Shown here one piece after another: positions 55,141-64,000 of a DNA stretch of 64,000 nucleotides (positions within the stretch are counted from its first letter, which is position 1; the number at the start of each line of letters is the position of its first letter). The translations under genes were made by a program, and so were the position numbers. The DNA is from Planctomycetia bacterium (lineage in GTDB: Bacteria > Planctomycetota > UBA1135 > UBA2386): positions 4,543 through 68,542 of the forward strand of contig SXPB01000216.1 in NCBI GenBank assembly GCA_005776475.1, given 5' to 3'. The notes below the pieces were generated by a model that did no database searches, was not told the origin of the DNA, and saw nothing but the letters and a program-made list of their open reading frames with translations.

Positions 55141-56404
55141 TTGCAGAAGCAGCGCTCCTGGCGCCAGCGCCGACGCCGACGTCTACGCGCGCACGCTCGA
55201 CTGCGTGCATTGCGGCCTGTGCCTGCCGGCGTGCCCGACCCACCAGGTGCTCGGCGTCGAAGCCGATTCGCCGCGCGGCCGCATCTACCTGATGCGTGCG
55301 TTGGCCGAGGGCCGCGTCCAGGATCCAGCGGCGATCCGCCCGTTTCTCGACCGCTGCCTCGACTGCCGCGCGTGCGAGACCGCGTGCCCTTCGGGCGTGA
55401 AGTACGGCGAGATCCTCGAATCGACGAAGGCGAAGCTCGAACAGGAACGGCCGCAACGGGGCCTGCGCGCCTTCCTGGTGCGGTTCCTGCTCTGGCACGT
55501 CGTCGCGCGACAACGCCGGCTGCGCGCCATGTTCGCGCTCGCGCGCGGGGCCGAAGTGCTCGGCTTGCGCTGGCTGGCGACGAAACTGCGGCTGCTGCCG
55601 GCGCACATGGCGCGGCTGCTGCCGCCGGTGCCGAGCGCCGCCGAACGACGCCCGCTGCGCCCCGGCCTGCACCACCCTCCCGCTGGCGTCACGCCGCGCG
55701 GCAAGCGCGTCGCCCTGTTCACCGGCTGCATCATGGAGCCGATGTTCGGCCGCGTGCATCGCGCCACGCTGCAGGTGCTGCTCGCCAACGGATTCGAAGT
55801 CGAGGTGCCGGCCGCGCAACGATGCTGCGGCGCGCTGCTGGTGCACGCGGGCATGCCTGGGCCAGCGCGCCAGCTTGCCGCCGCCAACGTGCGCGCGTTC
55901 GCCGATGCCGATGTCGTCGTCAACAACTCCGCGGGCTGCGGTTGTGCGATGAAGGAGTACGGCCACCTGCTCGGCACCGCCGACGGCGCCGCATTCGCCA
56001 CGAAGTGCCGCGACATCAGCGAGTTCCTCGCGGCGGAAGGCCTGTCCGCGACGCCGGCCGAATGCCGCACCAAGGCCGCCTACGACGACCCGTGCCACCT
56101 GTGCCACGGCCAGGGGGTGCGCGCCCAGCCGCGGCAACTGTTGGCGCAGGTTCCGGGCCTCGAACTGGCGGCCCACGACAAGCCCGAGGATTGCTGCGGT
56201 TCGGCCGGCATCTACAATTTGCTGCAGCCGGAGCTCGCCGGGGAAATAGGCCGGCGCAAGATCGAAAGCCTCGCCAAGGCCGGCATCGACCTGGTGCTGA
56301 CCGGAAATCCCGGCTGCATGCTGCAAATCGACAGCCACCTGCGGGCGGCCGGCCACAAGGCGCGCGTCCGCCACCCGATCGAACTGCTCGTTCCCCCGTC
56401 ATGA
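55124..56404 (+). CDS. glcF: glycolate oxidase iron-sulfur subunit GlcF
   Basis: Track ORF. Two ferredoxin-type clusters CVHCGLCLPACP and CLDCRACETACP. Two CCG domains (QRCCGALL, EDCCGSAG). Confidence 0.85.
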   Translation: MAVSSDCRSSAPGASADADVYARTLDCVHCGLCLPACPTHQVLGVEADSPRGRIYLMRALAEGRVQDPAAIRPFLDRCLDCRACETACPSGVKYGEILESTKAKLEQERPQRGLRAFLVRFLLWHVVARQRRLRAMFALARGAEVLGLRWLATKLRLLPAHMARLLPPVPSAAERRPLRPGLHHPPAGVTPRGKRVALFTGCIMEPMFGRVHRATLQVLLANGFEVEVPAAQRCCGALLVHAGMPGPARQLAAANVRAFADADVVVNNSAGCGCAMKEYGHLLGTADGAAFATKCRDISEFLAAEGLSATPAECRTKAAYDDPCHLCHGQGVRAQPRQLLAQVPGLELAAHDKPEDCCGSAGIYNLLQPELAGEIGRRKIESLAKAGIDLVLTGNPGCMLQIDSHLRAAGHKARVRHPIELLVPPS

Positions 56405-57273
56405 CCCGAGTCATCCCTGTGCTGTGCGCCACGACCGCCCTGGCCGGCCTCGGTACGGTCTACGTGATGCTGGGTGCTGGCGCCACCGAGCGCATCGACG
56501 TGCCCAAGGGAACGTCCGCAACGCCGCGCGCGCCAGCCACGCCACCGGATCCCATCGCGCTGGCCATCGCCACTGCCCGCCGCACCTGCGATGTCGGTGC
56601 GATCGAGCCGGTGCTCGCCCAACTGCGGGCGGCGGTTGCGGCGAACAGCAGCGATCGCGCGGCCTGGCACCTGCTCGCGCTGGCCCATCTCGAGCGCGCG
56701 CTGCTACGCTCGCACGACCGCGGCATGGCGGTTGGTGAGCCGGTCTTCGACCAACAGCCGCGCGAGCTGCTTGCCGATCTCGACGCTGGCCACGCGGCCG
56801 TGTTGCGCGCGCGCGAACTCGGCGACGACAGCAGCGACCTGTTCCGCATCGAAGCCGGGTTGCTGAGCCAACGCATCGTCGACCTGAAGACGGCCCTGCA
56901 ATGGAACGGCAAGGTGCAGGATGCCTTGCGTGCCGCCGGCGAACGGCAAACCGACAACCCGCACCTGCACGTCGCCCTGGGGCTGCGCAAGCTGCTGGCG
57001 CCGCGGTGGCTCGGCCACGACGCCGCGAAGGCCCTGGAGCACTTCGAGTTCGCCGCGAAGGCGATCACCGACGATGAACGGCCGGCGGTGTTCGCGGCGA
57101 TGGCCGCGTTCCTGCAGAAGAAGCGCTTGCAGGCGATCGGTTGGCTCGAACAAGCCGTCGCGCGCAATCCGGACAACCGGTTCGCGCGCGTGGTGCTGGC
57201 GCGGTTGCGCGCCGGCGAGGACGACCCGTTCGGCCGTCACGTCACGACCGCCGAAGCGGCCGCGACGAAGTAG
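56401..57273 (+). CDS. membrane-anchored TPR-like hypothetical protein co-transcribed with glcDEF
   Basis: Last 290 codons of track ORF 55141..57273. ATG 56401 overlaps the glcF stop (ATGA). N-terminal TM MTRVIPVLCATTALAGLGTVYVML. Helical repeats (AAWHLLALAHLERALL, AIGWLEQAVARNPDNRFARVVLARL). Confidence 0.6.
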   Translation: MTRVIPVLCATTALAGLGTVYVMLGAGATERIDVPKGTSATPRAPATPPDPIALAIATARRTCDVGAIEPVLAQLRAAVAANSSDRAAWHLLALAHLERALLRSHDRGMAVGEPVFDQQPRELLADLDAGHAAVLRARELGDDSSDLFRIEAGLLSQRIVDLKTALQWNGKVQDALRAAGERQTDNPHLHVALGLRKLLAPRWLGHDAAKALEHFEFAAKAITDDERPAVFAAMAAFLQKKRLQAIGWLEQAVARNPDNRFARVVLARLRAGEDDPFGRHVTTAEAAATK

Positions 57274-57289
57274 CAGCGGCGTCAGCGAC

Positions 57290-58867
57290 TCAGCGCATCT
57301 GGTTTTCGCGGCCACCCGCCCGTGCCGGCGCCACCGAGCGGAACAAGGGGCTGCGCCGGACAATGCTTTGGGGAGGAACGCCTGGCGCCTTGTCGTTCGC
57401 AGCGCGAACTTCGATGACCTTCACTTCTTCGGTGTCGTCGTCATCGTCGTCCGGCTTCGCTTTGCGCCAGCCGTAGCTCGTCTTGGCGGAACCGGATCCC
57501 GTTTGCGCAGGGGTGCCCCGGAAGAACATGCCGCCTTCCTCACCCTTCGCAGGCGTCTCCAGGAAATAGACGTCGCCGTTGCCCGACTGCCCGGCGCCCG
57601 CGCCGAACAGCAGGTTGCCGCTGGTGGCCTTGCCGCCGCTACCGCTGCCGAACGTGGAGCCGCCGCTGCCCGACATGCCGCCGCCGAGTGAACGCACGCG
57701 CGTGCGCGCCGGCTGCGCTTGCTGCGCTTGCTGCTGCTTCAGTTCCTGCAGCATGGCTTTGATCTCGCGCATCTCGGCGCGCATCTGCGCCAGCAGCTTG
57801 AGGATCTTGCGGTCGTCGTCGTCATCGCCGTCGTCGTTGCTGACGCCAGCTTCGGCGCGAACGCGCGGGGCGAACATCTTCGCCTTCGCGGAATCGACCT
57901 TCGCTTTCTTCACGTCGTCGAGTTCGAGCACGAAGTCCTTCGGCGCCGCCGTGACGCGACGCGCGACACTCGGCTTACGCGCGGCGACGGCATCGTCCAT
58001 CAAACGCAACACCATCGGCTCGACGGCCGACGCTGGGCTCTTGTCGCTCTCGGGCGTCATCACCAGCGAACGAGCTCGACGCAGGTCGGCGCGCTCGACT
58101 TCGACCGCGGCCTTGCGCTGGCCTTCGCGAGCTTGGAACAGAAGCGCCTTCGCCTGGCTTTCCGCCGCCTGCTTCTCGTTCTGCTCGGCAACCTCGGCGA
58201 AACGAATGCGGGCCTTGGCGCCATCGGCCGCTTTCACTTCCGTGCGAAGCTTCTCGGCCGCTGCGCGCAGTTCTTGCGCCGCTTGGGACTGGGCCGCGCG
58301 CGCGCGCGCGAACGGTTGCGGATCCTGCGCGGGAGCGACTTCGACGACCTTCGGGGCAGCGGCCATATCCGGCGCCCGCGGCGCGCGCGGTCCCCGCACG
58401 ACGCGCGGCGGCGTCGGACCAGCGGTCGCCACGGGAGCCACGGCGACCTCCTGCACGCTCTCGCCGCCTTCGGCATTCTGGCGAACCACGCGCACGCGAG
58501 CCGGGGACTCGGCAGCCTTTGCCGCATCGACCATCACCGCCAGGTCCCTCTCCGCGAGAGCCTTACCCGCGACGGCCTTTGGCGCTTCCGCCGGCTTCGA
58601 CGCGGCGCGCAACCGCACACTGATCTCTTCGAGCTTCTTCTTCGCCTGGGCGCGCTGCTCGGCGGTGAGGTCGTCCTCTTCGAGCATCGCGATCACTTCG
58701 GCGAGCCGCACCTGCAGGCGCTCGGTCGAAGCCGCACTGGCCTTCGGCGCAGCCGAAGCACCAGGCGCTACGGGAGTAGCGGGTGCCAGCGGCGCCGACT
58801 GCGCCACCAGGAACGTCGCGGCGGCCAACGTGGCCACGGCGGAACGGATCAAGTGTTGGGGGTTCAT
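57290..58867 (-). CDS. secreted low-complexity protein (coiled-coil, Asp runs, Gly/Ser-rich segment), third gene of the blaI-blaR1 operon
   Basis: Track ORF. Signal-like MNPQHLIRSAVATLAAATFLVAQSAP. DDGDDDDDRKILKLLAQMRAEMREIKAMLQELKQQQAQQAQ. GGGMSGSGGSTFGSGSGGKATSG. KPDDDDDDTEE. It starts 16 nt after the blaR1 stop. Confidence 0.6.
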   Translation of the reverse strand: MNPQHLIRSAVATLAAATFLVAQSAPLAPATPVAPGASAAPKASAASTERLQVRLAEVIAMLEEDDLTAEQRAQAKKKLEEISVRLRAASKPAEAPKAVAGKALAERDLAVMVDAAKAAESPARVRVVRQNAEGGESVQEVAVAPVATAGPTPPRVVRGPRAPRAPDMAAAPKVVEVAPAQDPQPFARARAAQSQAAQELRAAAEKLRTEVKAADGAKARIRFAEVAEQNEKQAAESQAKALLFQAREGQRKAAVEVERADLRRARSLVMTPESDKSPASAVEPMVLRLMDDAVAARKPSVARRVTAAPKDFVLELDDVKKAKVDSAKAKMFAPRVRAEAGVSNDDGDDDDDRKILKLLAQMRAEMREIKAMLQELKQQQAQQAQPARTRVRSLGGGMSGSGGSTFGSGSGGKATSGNLLFGAGAGQSGNGDVYFLETPAKGEEGGMFFRGTPAQTGSGSAKTSYGWRKAKPDDDDDDTEEVKVIEVRAANDKAPGVPPQSIVRRSPLFRSVAPARAGGRENQMR

Positions 58868-58883
58868 GGCTTAGTCCTCGGGT

Positions 58884-60197
58884 TCAACGATGGTTAGCTT
58901 CGGTGCGCGCGAGCAACGCTTCGAGGCGCGCGCGCATCTCTTGCAACAGCTGCAGGCGGCGATCGATCGCAACCTGCAACGTGGCGAGTTCGGAGTCTTG
59001 GGCGACGAGCCCGGTCGGCTGGCGCAGCCCGGCGGCCTCGGCAACGAGTTCGGCGTGTTCGATCTGCACCGCCGCGGCGAGCGCCACGAGGGTCGCCGCG
59101 TGGGGCGACGGCGATTGCGAGGTCACAGTCGGCCCTGCGGCGACCGCATCGACGCCAACTGGCGCGGACTCGGTCGCCACGCCGGGCGCGACGATGCTCA
59201 ACGCAGCACAGAACACGCCACCGACCGACAGCGACGCCCGACGGCGCAACGGACGGAACGGTTCACCGCGGAGCGCGGCTTCGACGCGCTCGCGCAACGC
59301 CGACGGCCGCGCCGCCATGCCGAGCGCCACGATGGTCGGCGCCGAACGCGGCTGCAGCCAACCGGCGACATCGAGCAAGCAGCGGGCGACCGCAGTCGGC
59401 GTCGCTTCGTTCGCGGCGATCGAGTCGCAGCGCAATTCGACGAGGCGCGCCCAGCGCCTTCGCACGGCAACCAGCAGCAACTGCCACGGGAACATGGCCT
59501 GCAACCACGCCGCGCCCCACATCCACGCCGGATCCGCGGCGCGCAAGTGGGCGACTTCGTGCGCCAGCATCGCCCGCAGCGACGCGTCGCCGAGTTCGCC
59601 GGCGCGCAGCGGCAAGCAGATCTCCGGCCGCACGAGTCCAAACGCGATCGGCGTCGCGATGCGCGCACTGCGGCTGACGTGCGGCGACTGCTGCAGCCCG
59701 AGCGACGTGGCAACCTCGGCGGCGACACCGAGCACGCGCGGGTCGGTCTCCGGCTGTCGCGCCGCCAAGACCACGCGCAATCGGCGATGCACCGTCGCCA
59801 ACCAAACCAGGCCGATGGCACCGGCGAGCCCAGCGCCGGCGAGCACCAGCTCCTGCCACGACCACCGACTCCAGAGGCTCGGCGTCGCGACTTCGGCCGG
59901 CAACGCGCTGGCGCCGAGCAGCGAAACCAATTCATGCACTTCGCCGGCTTCGGTTGCAGCCGCAGTGCCAGGCAACAGGAAACTGCCGCCGAACGGACTC
60001 TGCAGCGCAACCGACAGCAGGCTGCTGGCGAGCGCCACCCACAGCGACCAGCGCAGCAGCGTCTCCTGCAGTGTGAGCGCGCGGCGACCGAGCGCCACCG
60101 ACGCGAGCCACGCGGCGCCGAGCGCAACCGTCGAATGCAATGCGAAGGTCAACAGCCAGTCGGCGACCGTCGTGATCTCAGGCAGGAACGTGCTCAT
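58884..60197 (-). CDS. blaR1: BlaR1-type M56 peptidase / signal-transducing antirepressor
   Basis: Track ORF. Polytopic N-terminus. Zinc site LRAMLAHEVAHLRAADPAWM (HExxH). The start overlaps the blaI stop (ATGA at 60194-60197). Confidence 0.85.
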   Translation of the reverse strand: MSTFLPEITTVADWLLTFALHSTVALGAAWLASVALGRRALTLQETLLRWSLWVALASSLLSVALQSPFGGSFLLPGTAAATEAGEVHELVSLLGASALPAEVATPSLWSRWSWQELVLAGAGLAGAIGLVWLATVHRRLRVVLAARQPETDPRVLGVAAEVATSLGLQQSPHVSRSARIATPIAFGLVRPEICLPLRAGELGDASLRAMLAHEVAHLRAADPAWMWGAAWLQAMFPWQLLLVAVRRRWARLVELRCDSIAANEATPTAVARCLLDVAGWLQPRSAPTIVALGMAARPSALRERVEAALRGEPFRPLRRRASLSVGGVFCAALSIVAPGVATESAPVGVDAVAAGPTVTSQSPSPHAATLVALAAAVQIEHAELVAEAAGLRQPTGLVAQDSELATLQVAIDRRLQLLQEMRARLEALLARTEANHR

Positions 60198-60586
60198 GAC
60201 CGCTCCTTCCTTTGCTTCTTCTCGGCGTCGGCGACCTTCTTGCGCAGGTCGTCCAGTTCGTCGAGTTCGATCTCTCCGGCGCGCAGCAGGTGATTGACCA
60301 ACGCCAGCGGATCGCCGTCGAACAACCTGGTGACCAGGTCACCGACCAGGTTGCGTTGCACCAACTCGGGATCGACTTCGGCGCGATAGAGGAACTGCCG
60401 CCCGCTTTCCTCGTGCGACACGAGCCCCTTGTCCTCCATCTTGCGCAGCATCGTCGCGATCGTCGTCAGCGCGAGCCCACGATCGTGCAGCGCCAGATGG
60501 ACGTCGGCGACGGAGGTGTCCGGGTGCTCCCACAACGTGCGCAGGATCGCGAGCTGCAGGTCACCGAGGTTGCGTGGTCCCTTCAT
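60194..60586 (-). CDS. blaI: BlaI/MecI/CopY-family winged-helix transcriptional repressor
   Basis: Track ORF. LGDLQLAILRTLWEHPDTSVADVHLALHDRGLALTTIATMLRKMEDKGLVSHEESGRQFLYRA is the canonical Penicillinase_R fold sequence. Confidence 0.9.
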   Translation of the reverse strand: MKGPRNLGDLQLAILRTLWEHPDTSVADVHLALHDRGLALTTIATMLRKMEDKGLVSHEESGRQFLYRAEVDPELVQRNLVGDLVTRLFDGDPLALVNHLLRAGEIELDELDDLRKKVADAEKKQRKERS

Positions 60587-60594
60587 GCGGCCAA

Positions 60595-60636
60595 TCTACT
60601 ACCAGAGTAGTCGGCAGCAACTACTCTGGTAGTAGA
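60595..60636. promoter_or_regulatory. double-dyad operator, putative BlaI binding site
   Basis: tCTACTACCAGAGTAGT (60595-60611), spacer cggcagca, ACTACTCTGGTAGTAGa (60620-60636): perfect 17-nt inverted arms. Each arm is itself ACTAC-N4-GTAGT. The dyad centres are 22 bp apart. The element ends 9 nt upstream of the blaI ATG. Confidence 0.6.
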
Positions 60637-60766
60637 GAGACCTTCCGGGATTTCACGCAGAACGGGAAAAGAACCCCGCCCAGCGCGGCATTCGCGACAA
60701 CGGCGCGACAAGGTTGCGGCCCGGCGCTCCCGCCCAATCGGGATCGGCTCAGCGAGGCGCGACGGC

Positions 60767-61831
60767 TCAGCCGCCGACCGGCGCCACGATGCTGCGGTGG
60801 CTGTTGGAGACCGACAGTCCACCCGCCGGCGCCAACGGATCGATCACGAGCCACTGCGTGTAGAAGCTGAGGCCCACATACCCCGTCGTCGCCGGCAATG
60901 GCACCGGCAGCGAAGCCAGGCCAGCACCCGCACCACCACCCACCGACATCACCACCGCCGTTCCCAACGCGTTGTGGGTCAGGAAGCAGTTCGAAGGCGT
61001 GCCGTACAGCAACTGCACGAGATCAACCGGGAACGGCGCCGCATTGGTGTCGCCGATCGCCCAGATGCAGATGCGCTGCGACGCCGCCTGCGACAGCTGG
61101 TGCGTCCAGGTGATGCCGGGCGAAGGAACCTGCTGCACACTCGCCACCGGCACGAAGTTGCCTTCGCCGGGGCATCCCGCGCCGTAGCCGAGCACGACGC
61201 CCGGACGCGCCGTGAAGCGCGCGACCATGCCGACACCCTGCGACGAAGTGCCGTTGGTCACGCCGACCGAACCCGCACCGTAGACGCGCGAAGTCAGGCC
61301 CGTCGCCGCGAGTGCGCCGCGGAAGTTGTAGTTGAAGGGTTGGTTGCTCAGCGAGTTGCCGTGCACGCGAATCTCGATCAAGACGGGGCGAACCCGATCC
61401 CACGTGAACCGGGTCGTGAACGGCAACGTGATCGCGACGGCACCGGCCGGCACCGCGTTCAACTGGACCATCGCGCGCGACTTCACCGTCACCGGTGCAC
61501 TGTCCCAATTCGAGTCGAACGCTCCGGTCACGCCCGAGAACTTGCCGTGCCCCATGAAGATCTCGCAGTCGATCTGCGCCGCGATGGCCGACAACGACGA
61601 CCCCGCGAAGAACTCGAGCTGCTCGATGCGCATCGGCTCCAGGATCGTTCCTTGCAGGCTCGCCGCCGAGAACCACTGCTGGTACCGGCCGATGCCACCG
61701 GGGAATGGGCGATCGACGTTCTGGCCGAGCGGGATGTTCGGCGCCGTGACCTGCGTCTGGGCAGCGAGTGAGGCCGCGAAAAGGGAAACCAGGAGTGTCG
61801 CGCGCAGCATGGAGAGCATGGGATTCGGCAT
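60767..61831 (-). CDS. exported hypothetical protein with C-terminal Cys-containing module
   Basis: Track ORF 60767..61939 trimmed to ATG 61831 (MPNPMLSMLRATLLVSLFAASLAAQ; ATGs at 61819 and 61810 are alternatives). No catalytic motif recognised. Confidence 0.6.
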   Translation of the reverse strand: MPNPMLSMLRATLLVSLFAASLAAQTQVTAPNIPLGQNVDRPFPGGIGRYQQWFSAASLQGTILEPMRIEQLEFFAGSSLSAIAAQIDCEIFMGHGKFSGVTGAFDSNWDSAPVTVKSRAMVQLNAVPAGAVAITLPFTTRFTWDRVRPVLIEIRVHGNSLSNQPFNYNFRGALAATGLTSRVYGAGSVGVTNGTSSQGVGMVARFTARPGVVLGYGAGCPGEGNFVPVASVQQVPSPGITWTHQLSQAASQRICIWAIGDTNAAPFPVDLVQLLYGTPSNCFLTHNALGTAVVMSVGGGAGAGLASLPVPLPATTGYVGLSFYTQWLVIDPLAPAGGLSVSNSHRSIVAPVGG

Positions 61832-61969
61832 TCCAGTGTAGCGGATGTACGAGTCGGCTAGGGCAGTTCGTCCGCTCCGCAACCGGGGTTGCGGCCCCAG
61901 GCAATAGTCTTCGCGACGGCATTGGCAACCAGCCGCCATGGCATCGCCGATCCGGCCACGACCTGGCGG

Positions 61970-64000
61970 TCAGAACCGCAGTGAGTGCGCGACCTTGAAT
62001 TCCAGGGCTTGCTCGGTCGGCACGATCGATTCGTCGTCCTCGCGCAACCACGCGGTGCCAAGCACCACGAAGAAGTCGCTGCCCGGCTGGTAGATCCAGC
62101 GCAGGCGACTCTGCCAACCGAGCACGTTGGACTCGTTGTCGAACTGCACGAGGTTGCGCAAGCTCAAGGCCGGCGTGACATGCAGGTCCGCCCGCACGGA
62201 TCCGACGTGGCTGGTGAAGGCCCGGCCCGGGCCCAGGTCGACGATCGCGGTGTCGTAGCCACAACCGAAGTGCAGCAGCGCCGACGTTCGCCACTCGACG
62301 TCGCTCTCGAAGCGATCGCTGCGCCCGTCGAAGAAGTCGCCCGCGCTGAGCAGGAAGGTCCCGTTCCACGGCCGACCTTCGCTGGTCTCGGCGGACAGAC
62401 CGAAGCGCGTGCCTTGGTAGTCCCCCGCGAACACCGGCGTGCTGTCGCGGAACAACAGGAAGTCGGCTTCGACGCGTTCGAACTCGCGGCGCACGAACAT
62501 CGCGATCTCGTCGCCGCCGTGCAGCTCGACACCGACCTGGTCGAGTCCGAGTCGCGTTTCCTGCGGCTCCCCATCCCAGGCCTCGGCGCGCTCAGCTTCC
62601 AGCTCGAACACGTAGCGCCGGATCGCACCACCTTCACTGACGCGCGGGCGAAACGTGACATCCAGCTGCGACAGGCGCGAGCCGCGCCGACGCACGAACC
62701 CGAGCGCTGGCCGGAAGTCATCGGCGACCCAGCGCGAACCCACTCCGAACGTCCATTCGCTGCCGCGCGCCCGCAGGTCGATGCCGAAACTCTCGCCGTC
62801 ATCGGCGCCGATGCTGCCGGTCGAGCCGACGACGTCGACGGCTGCGACGAGGTCCAGGTCGCCGACGAACTCCGGCTCGCGATGGTAGAAGTCGACGCCG
62901 AACACGCCGTTGCCGCCCGCACTCGACGGATCGCCGTGCGTGCCCAGCAGGCCGAACGTGGTCTGCTCGCCGAGCGCGTACTTCACGCGCGCCACCGCCA
63001 GGTTCTCCTGGTCCACCACGTCGGTCGAATCGGTTTCGACGTCGAGCAGGCCCAGTTCGAACGGCCCCGCTTCGCCGGTGACCTTGGCGCCGAACAGCAG
63101 CGGGATCTTGCTGCCGTTGCCGGCGAGCCCGATGCGGCGCGAGAAGAACGGCAGGAACCGCGAGCCGCCGGCGTCGCTGGCGCCGAAGTTGAAGTAGCTG
63201 GCGCCCTCGAGGAAGAAGTCGCGCTTCTCGGGGAAGAACAACGGGAAGCGGTTGAGGTTGATCTGGCGGCTGTCGTTCTCGGTCTCGGCGAAGTCGGTGA
63301 ACACCGTCGTCGCCAGCGTCACCGACGGCGTCAGCCGGTAGTAGATCTCACCGCCCGCGTCGGCATCCGTCTGCCAGTCGTCGTCGGTCGCGGTCCGGTC
63401 GCGCGACGTGCCCACCGCCACGTACGGCACGACTTCGAGCCCGATGCCGGCGTCGATCTCACCGAGGCCATCGATGGTGCCGCACTCGCTGACGCGGAAG
63501 TAGGTGACCGACTGGCTGACGTTGGTCCAGCGATACTCTTCGTTGGTGGCGCGCACGTGGCGCGCCAGGTTGAAACCCCAGGAGCGCGCCCCCGCCAGCC
63601 GCGGCAGGCTGCGGAACGGAATCGCGATTTCCGCCATCCACCCCTCGTCGGTGACGCGCGAGCGACCGCTCCACAGCGTGTCCCACGGCTTGTCGAAGCG
63701 CGACCCGTTCGCCGAGATCAGGATGTCGCCGAGCGAGCCACCGGCACCAATCTGGAAGTAGTAGGCGGTGCGACGGTTCTCGAACGGATCGAGCAGGATC
63801 TCGACGCGGTCGTCGGGATCGAGCCGGGCATCGCGCGCGCGCTGCGTGGCCCGGATGCCTTGCGGCGCGTCGTCGAAGCACCACAGCCCGATGTAGAGGT
63901 TGTGCCGGTCGTGCAGCAGCTTGACGACGGTGTTCTGCGTCGGCGCCCGCCCAAGCCACGGTTCGACCATCGTCAGCTCACCGATCGCGGGCGCCGTCTC
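61970..64000 (-). CDS. CBM9-like / DUF5916 outer-membrane protein; N-terminus outside the window
   Basis: Track ORF 61970..63970, but the frame stays open to nt 64000 (..ETAPAIGELTMVEPW..). TVVKLLHDRHNLYIGLWCFDD, RDARLDPDDRVEILLDPFENRRTAYYF, WDTLWSGRSRVTDEGWMAEIAIPFRSL and WGFNLARHV match the CBM9/DUF5916 N-terminal pattern. The beta-rich C-terminus ends in ...KVAHSLRF (terminal Phe, typical of OM barrels). Confidence 0.75.
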   Translation of the reverse strand, partial: ETAPAIGELTMVEPWLGRAPTQNTVVKLLHDRHNLYIGLWCFDDAPQGIRATQRARDARLDPDDRVEILLDPFENRRTAYYFQIGAGGSLGDILISANGSRFDKPWDTLWSGRSRVTDEGWMAEIAIPFRSLPRLAGARSWGFNLARHVRATNEEYRWTNVSQSVTYFRVSECGTIDGLGEIDAGIGLEVVPYVAVGTSRDRTATDDDWQTDADAGGEIYYRLTPSVTLATTVFTDFAETENDSRQINLNRFPLFFPEKRDFFLEGASYFNFGASDAGGSRFLPFFSRRIGLAGNGSKIPLLFGAKVTGEAGPFELGLLDVETDSTDVVDQENLAVARVKYALGEQTTFGLLGTHGDPSSAGGNGVFGVDFYHREPEFVGDLDLVAAVDVVGSTGSIGADDGESFGIDLRARGSEWTFGVGSRWVADDFRPALGFVRRRGSRLSQLDVTFRPRVSEGGAIRRYVFELEAERAEAWDGEPQETRLGLDQVGVELHGGDEIAMFVRREFERVEADFLLFRDSTPVFAGDYQGTRFGLSAETSEGRPWNGTFLLSAGDFFDGRSDRFESDVEWRTSALLHFGCGYDTAIVDLGPGRAFTSHVGSVRADLHVTPALSLRNLVQFDNESNVLGWQSRLRWIYQPGSDFFVVLGTAWLREDDESIVPTEQALEFKVAHSLRF

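Noticed and set aside
1-64000. Searched by eye for CRISPR arrays, IS elements, integrases, phage genes and known defence-system hallmarks (nucleases, helicases, TIR, Sir2, reverse transcriptase).
   Set aside because: None were found. The only regularly spaced repeats are coding (propeller blades, CarboxypepD_reg domains). The methyltransferase and the AAA_14 ATPase have no defence-type partners in the window.

Overview
High-GC (roughly 70% by eye, not computed) bacterial chromosomal segment. It is densely coding: about 50 supportable protein genes, no rRNA or tRNA, no CRISPR array, no transposase or integrase. Because of the GC content, the six-frame track is dominated by long antisense or out-of-frame shadow ORFs rich in R/A/P/G. 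I chose real frames from catalytic motifs, signal peptides or lipoboxes, and start/stop coupling, and trimmed many track ORFs to internal ATG/GTG/TTG starts. One gene (galK, 1..1065 minus) is missing from the track because it runs off the left edge. Housekeeping and metabolism: galK, ilvA, gpmI, glcDEF, an Arg-type cysteine dioxygenase, a formimino-THF cyclodeaminase-like protein and a LOR/SDH-family enzyme. Regulation and signalling: a MoxR-DUF58-transglutaminase operon, a blaI-blaR1 operon with a double-dyad operator built from 17-nt arms, one canonical histidine kinase, one histidine-kinase-like protein with a degenerate ATPase domain, and a kinase-domain-only non-RD Ser/Thr kinase. Also present are an orphan N6-adenine DNA methyltransferase translationally coupled to ilvA and a stand-alone AAA_14/DUF4143 ATPase. 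There is an unusually heavy load of exported proteins: M14, M19, M28 and M56 peptidases, a metzincin-like lipoprotein, a two-lobed retropepsin-like protease, a secreted DUF1028 Ntn hydrolase, giant CarboxypepD_reg, FG-GAP and beta-propeller repeat proteins, and a CBM9/DUF5916 outer-membrane protein. The most interesting observations are: (i) a six-gene minus-strand operon joined by ATGA/GTGA overlaps that mixes gpmI and a folate enzyme with an extracytoplasmic protease module and a pseudo-kinase; (ii) a recurrent ~100-150 aa Cys-containing module shared by four otherwise unrelated exported proteins; (iii) the BlaI operator and the disordered cargo protein of that operon; (iv) a 0.55-kb patch of gene fragments and a low-GC islet carrying a CPCC-type protein. 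I did not find a canonical defence island or mobile element, and I cannot point to one unambiguous new system. The items flagged are hypotheses that need database and structure searches I could not run.
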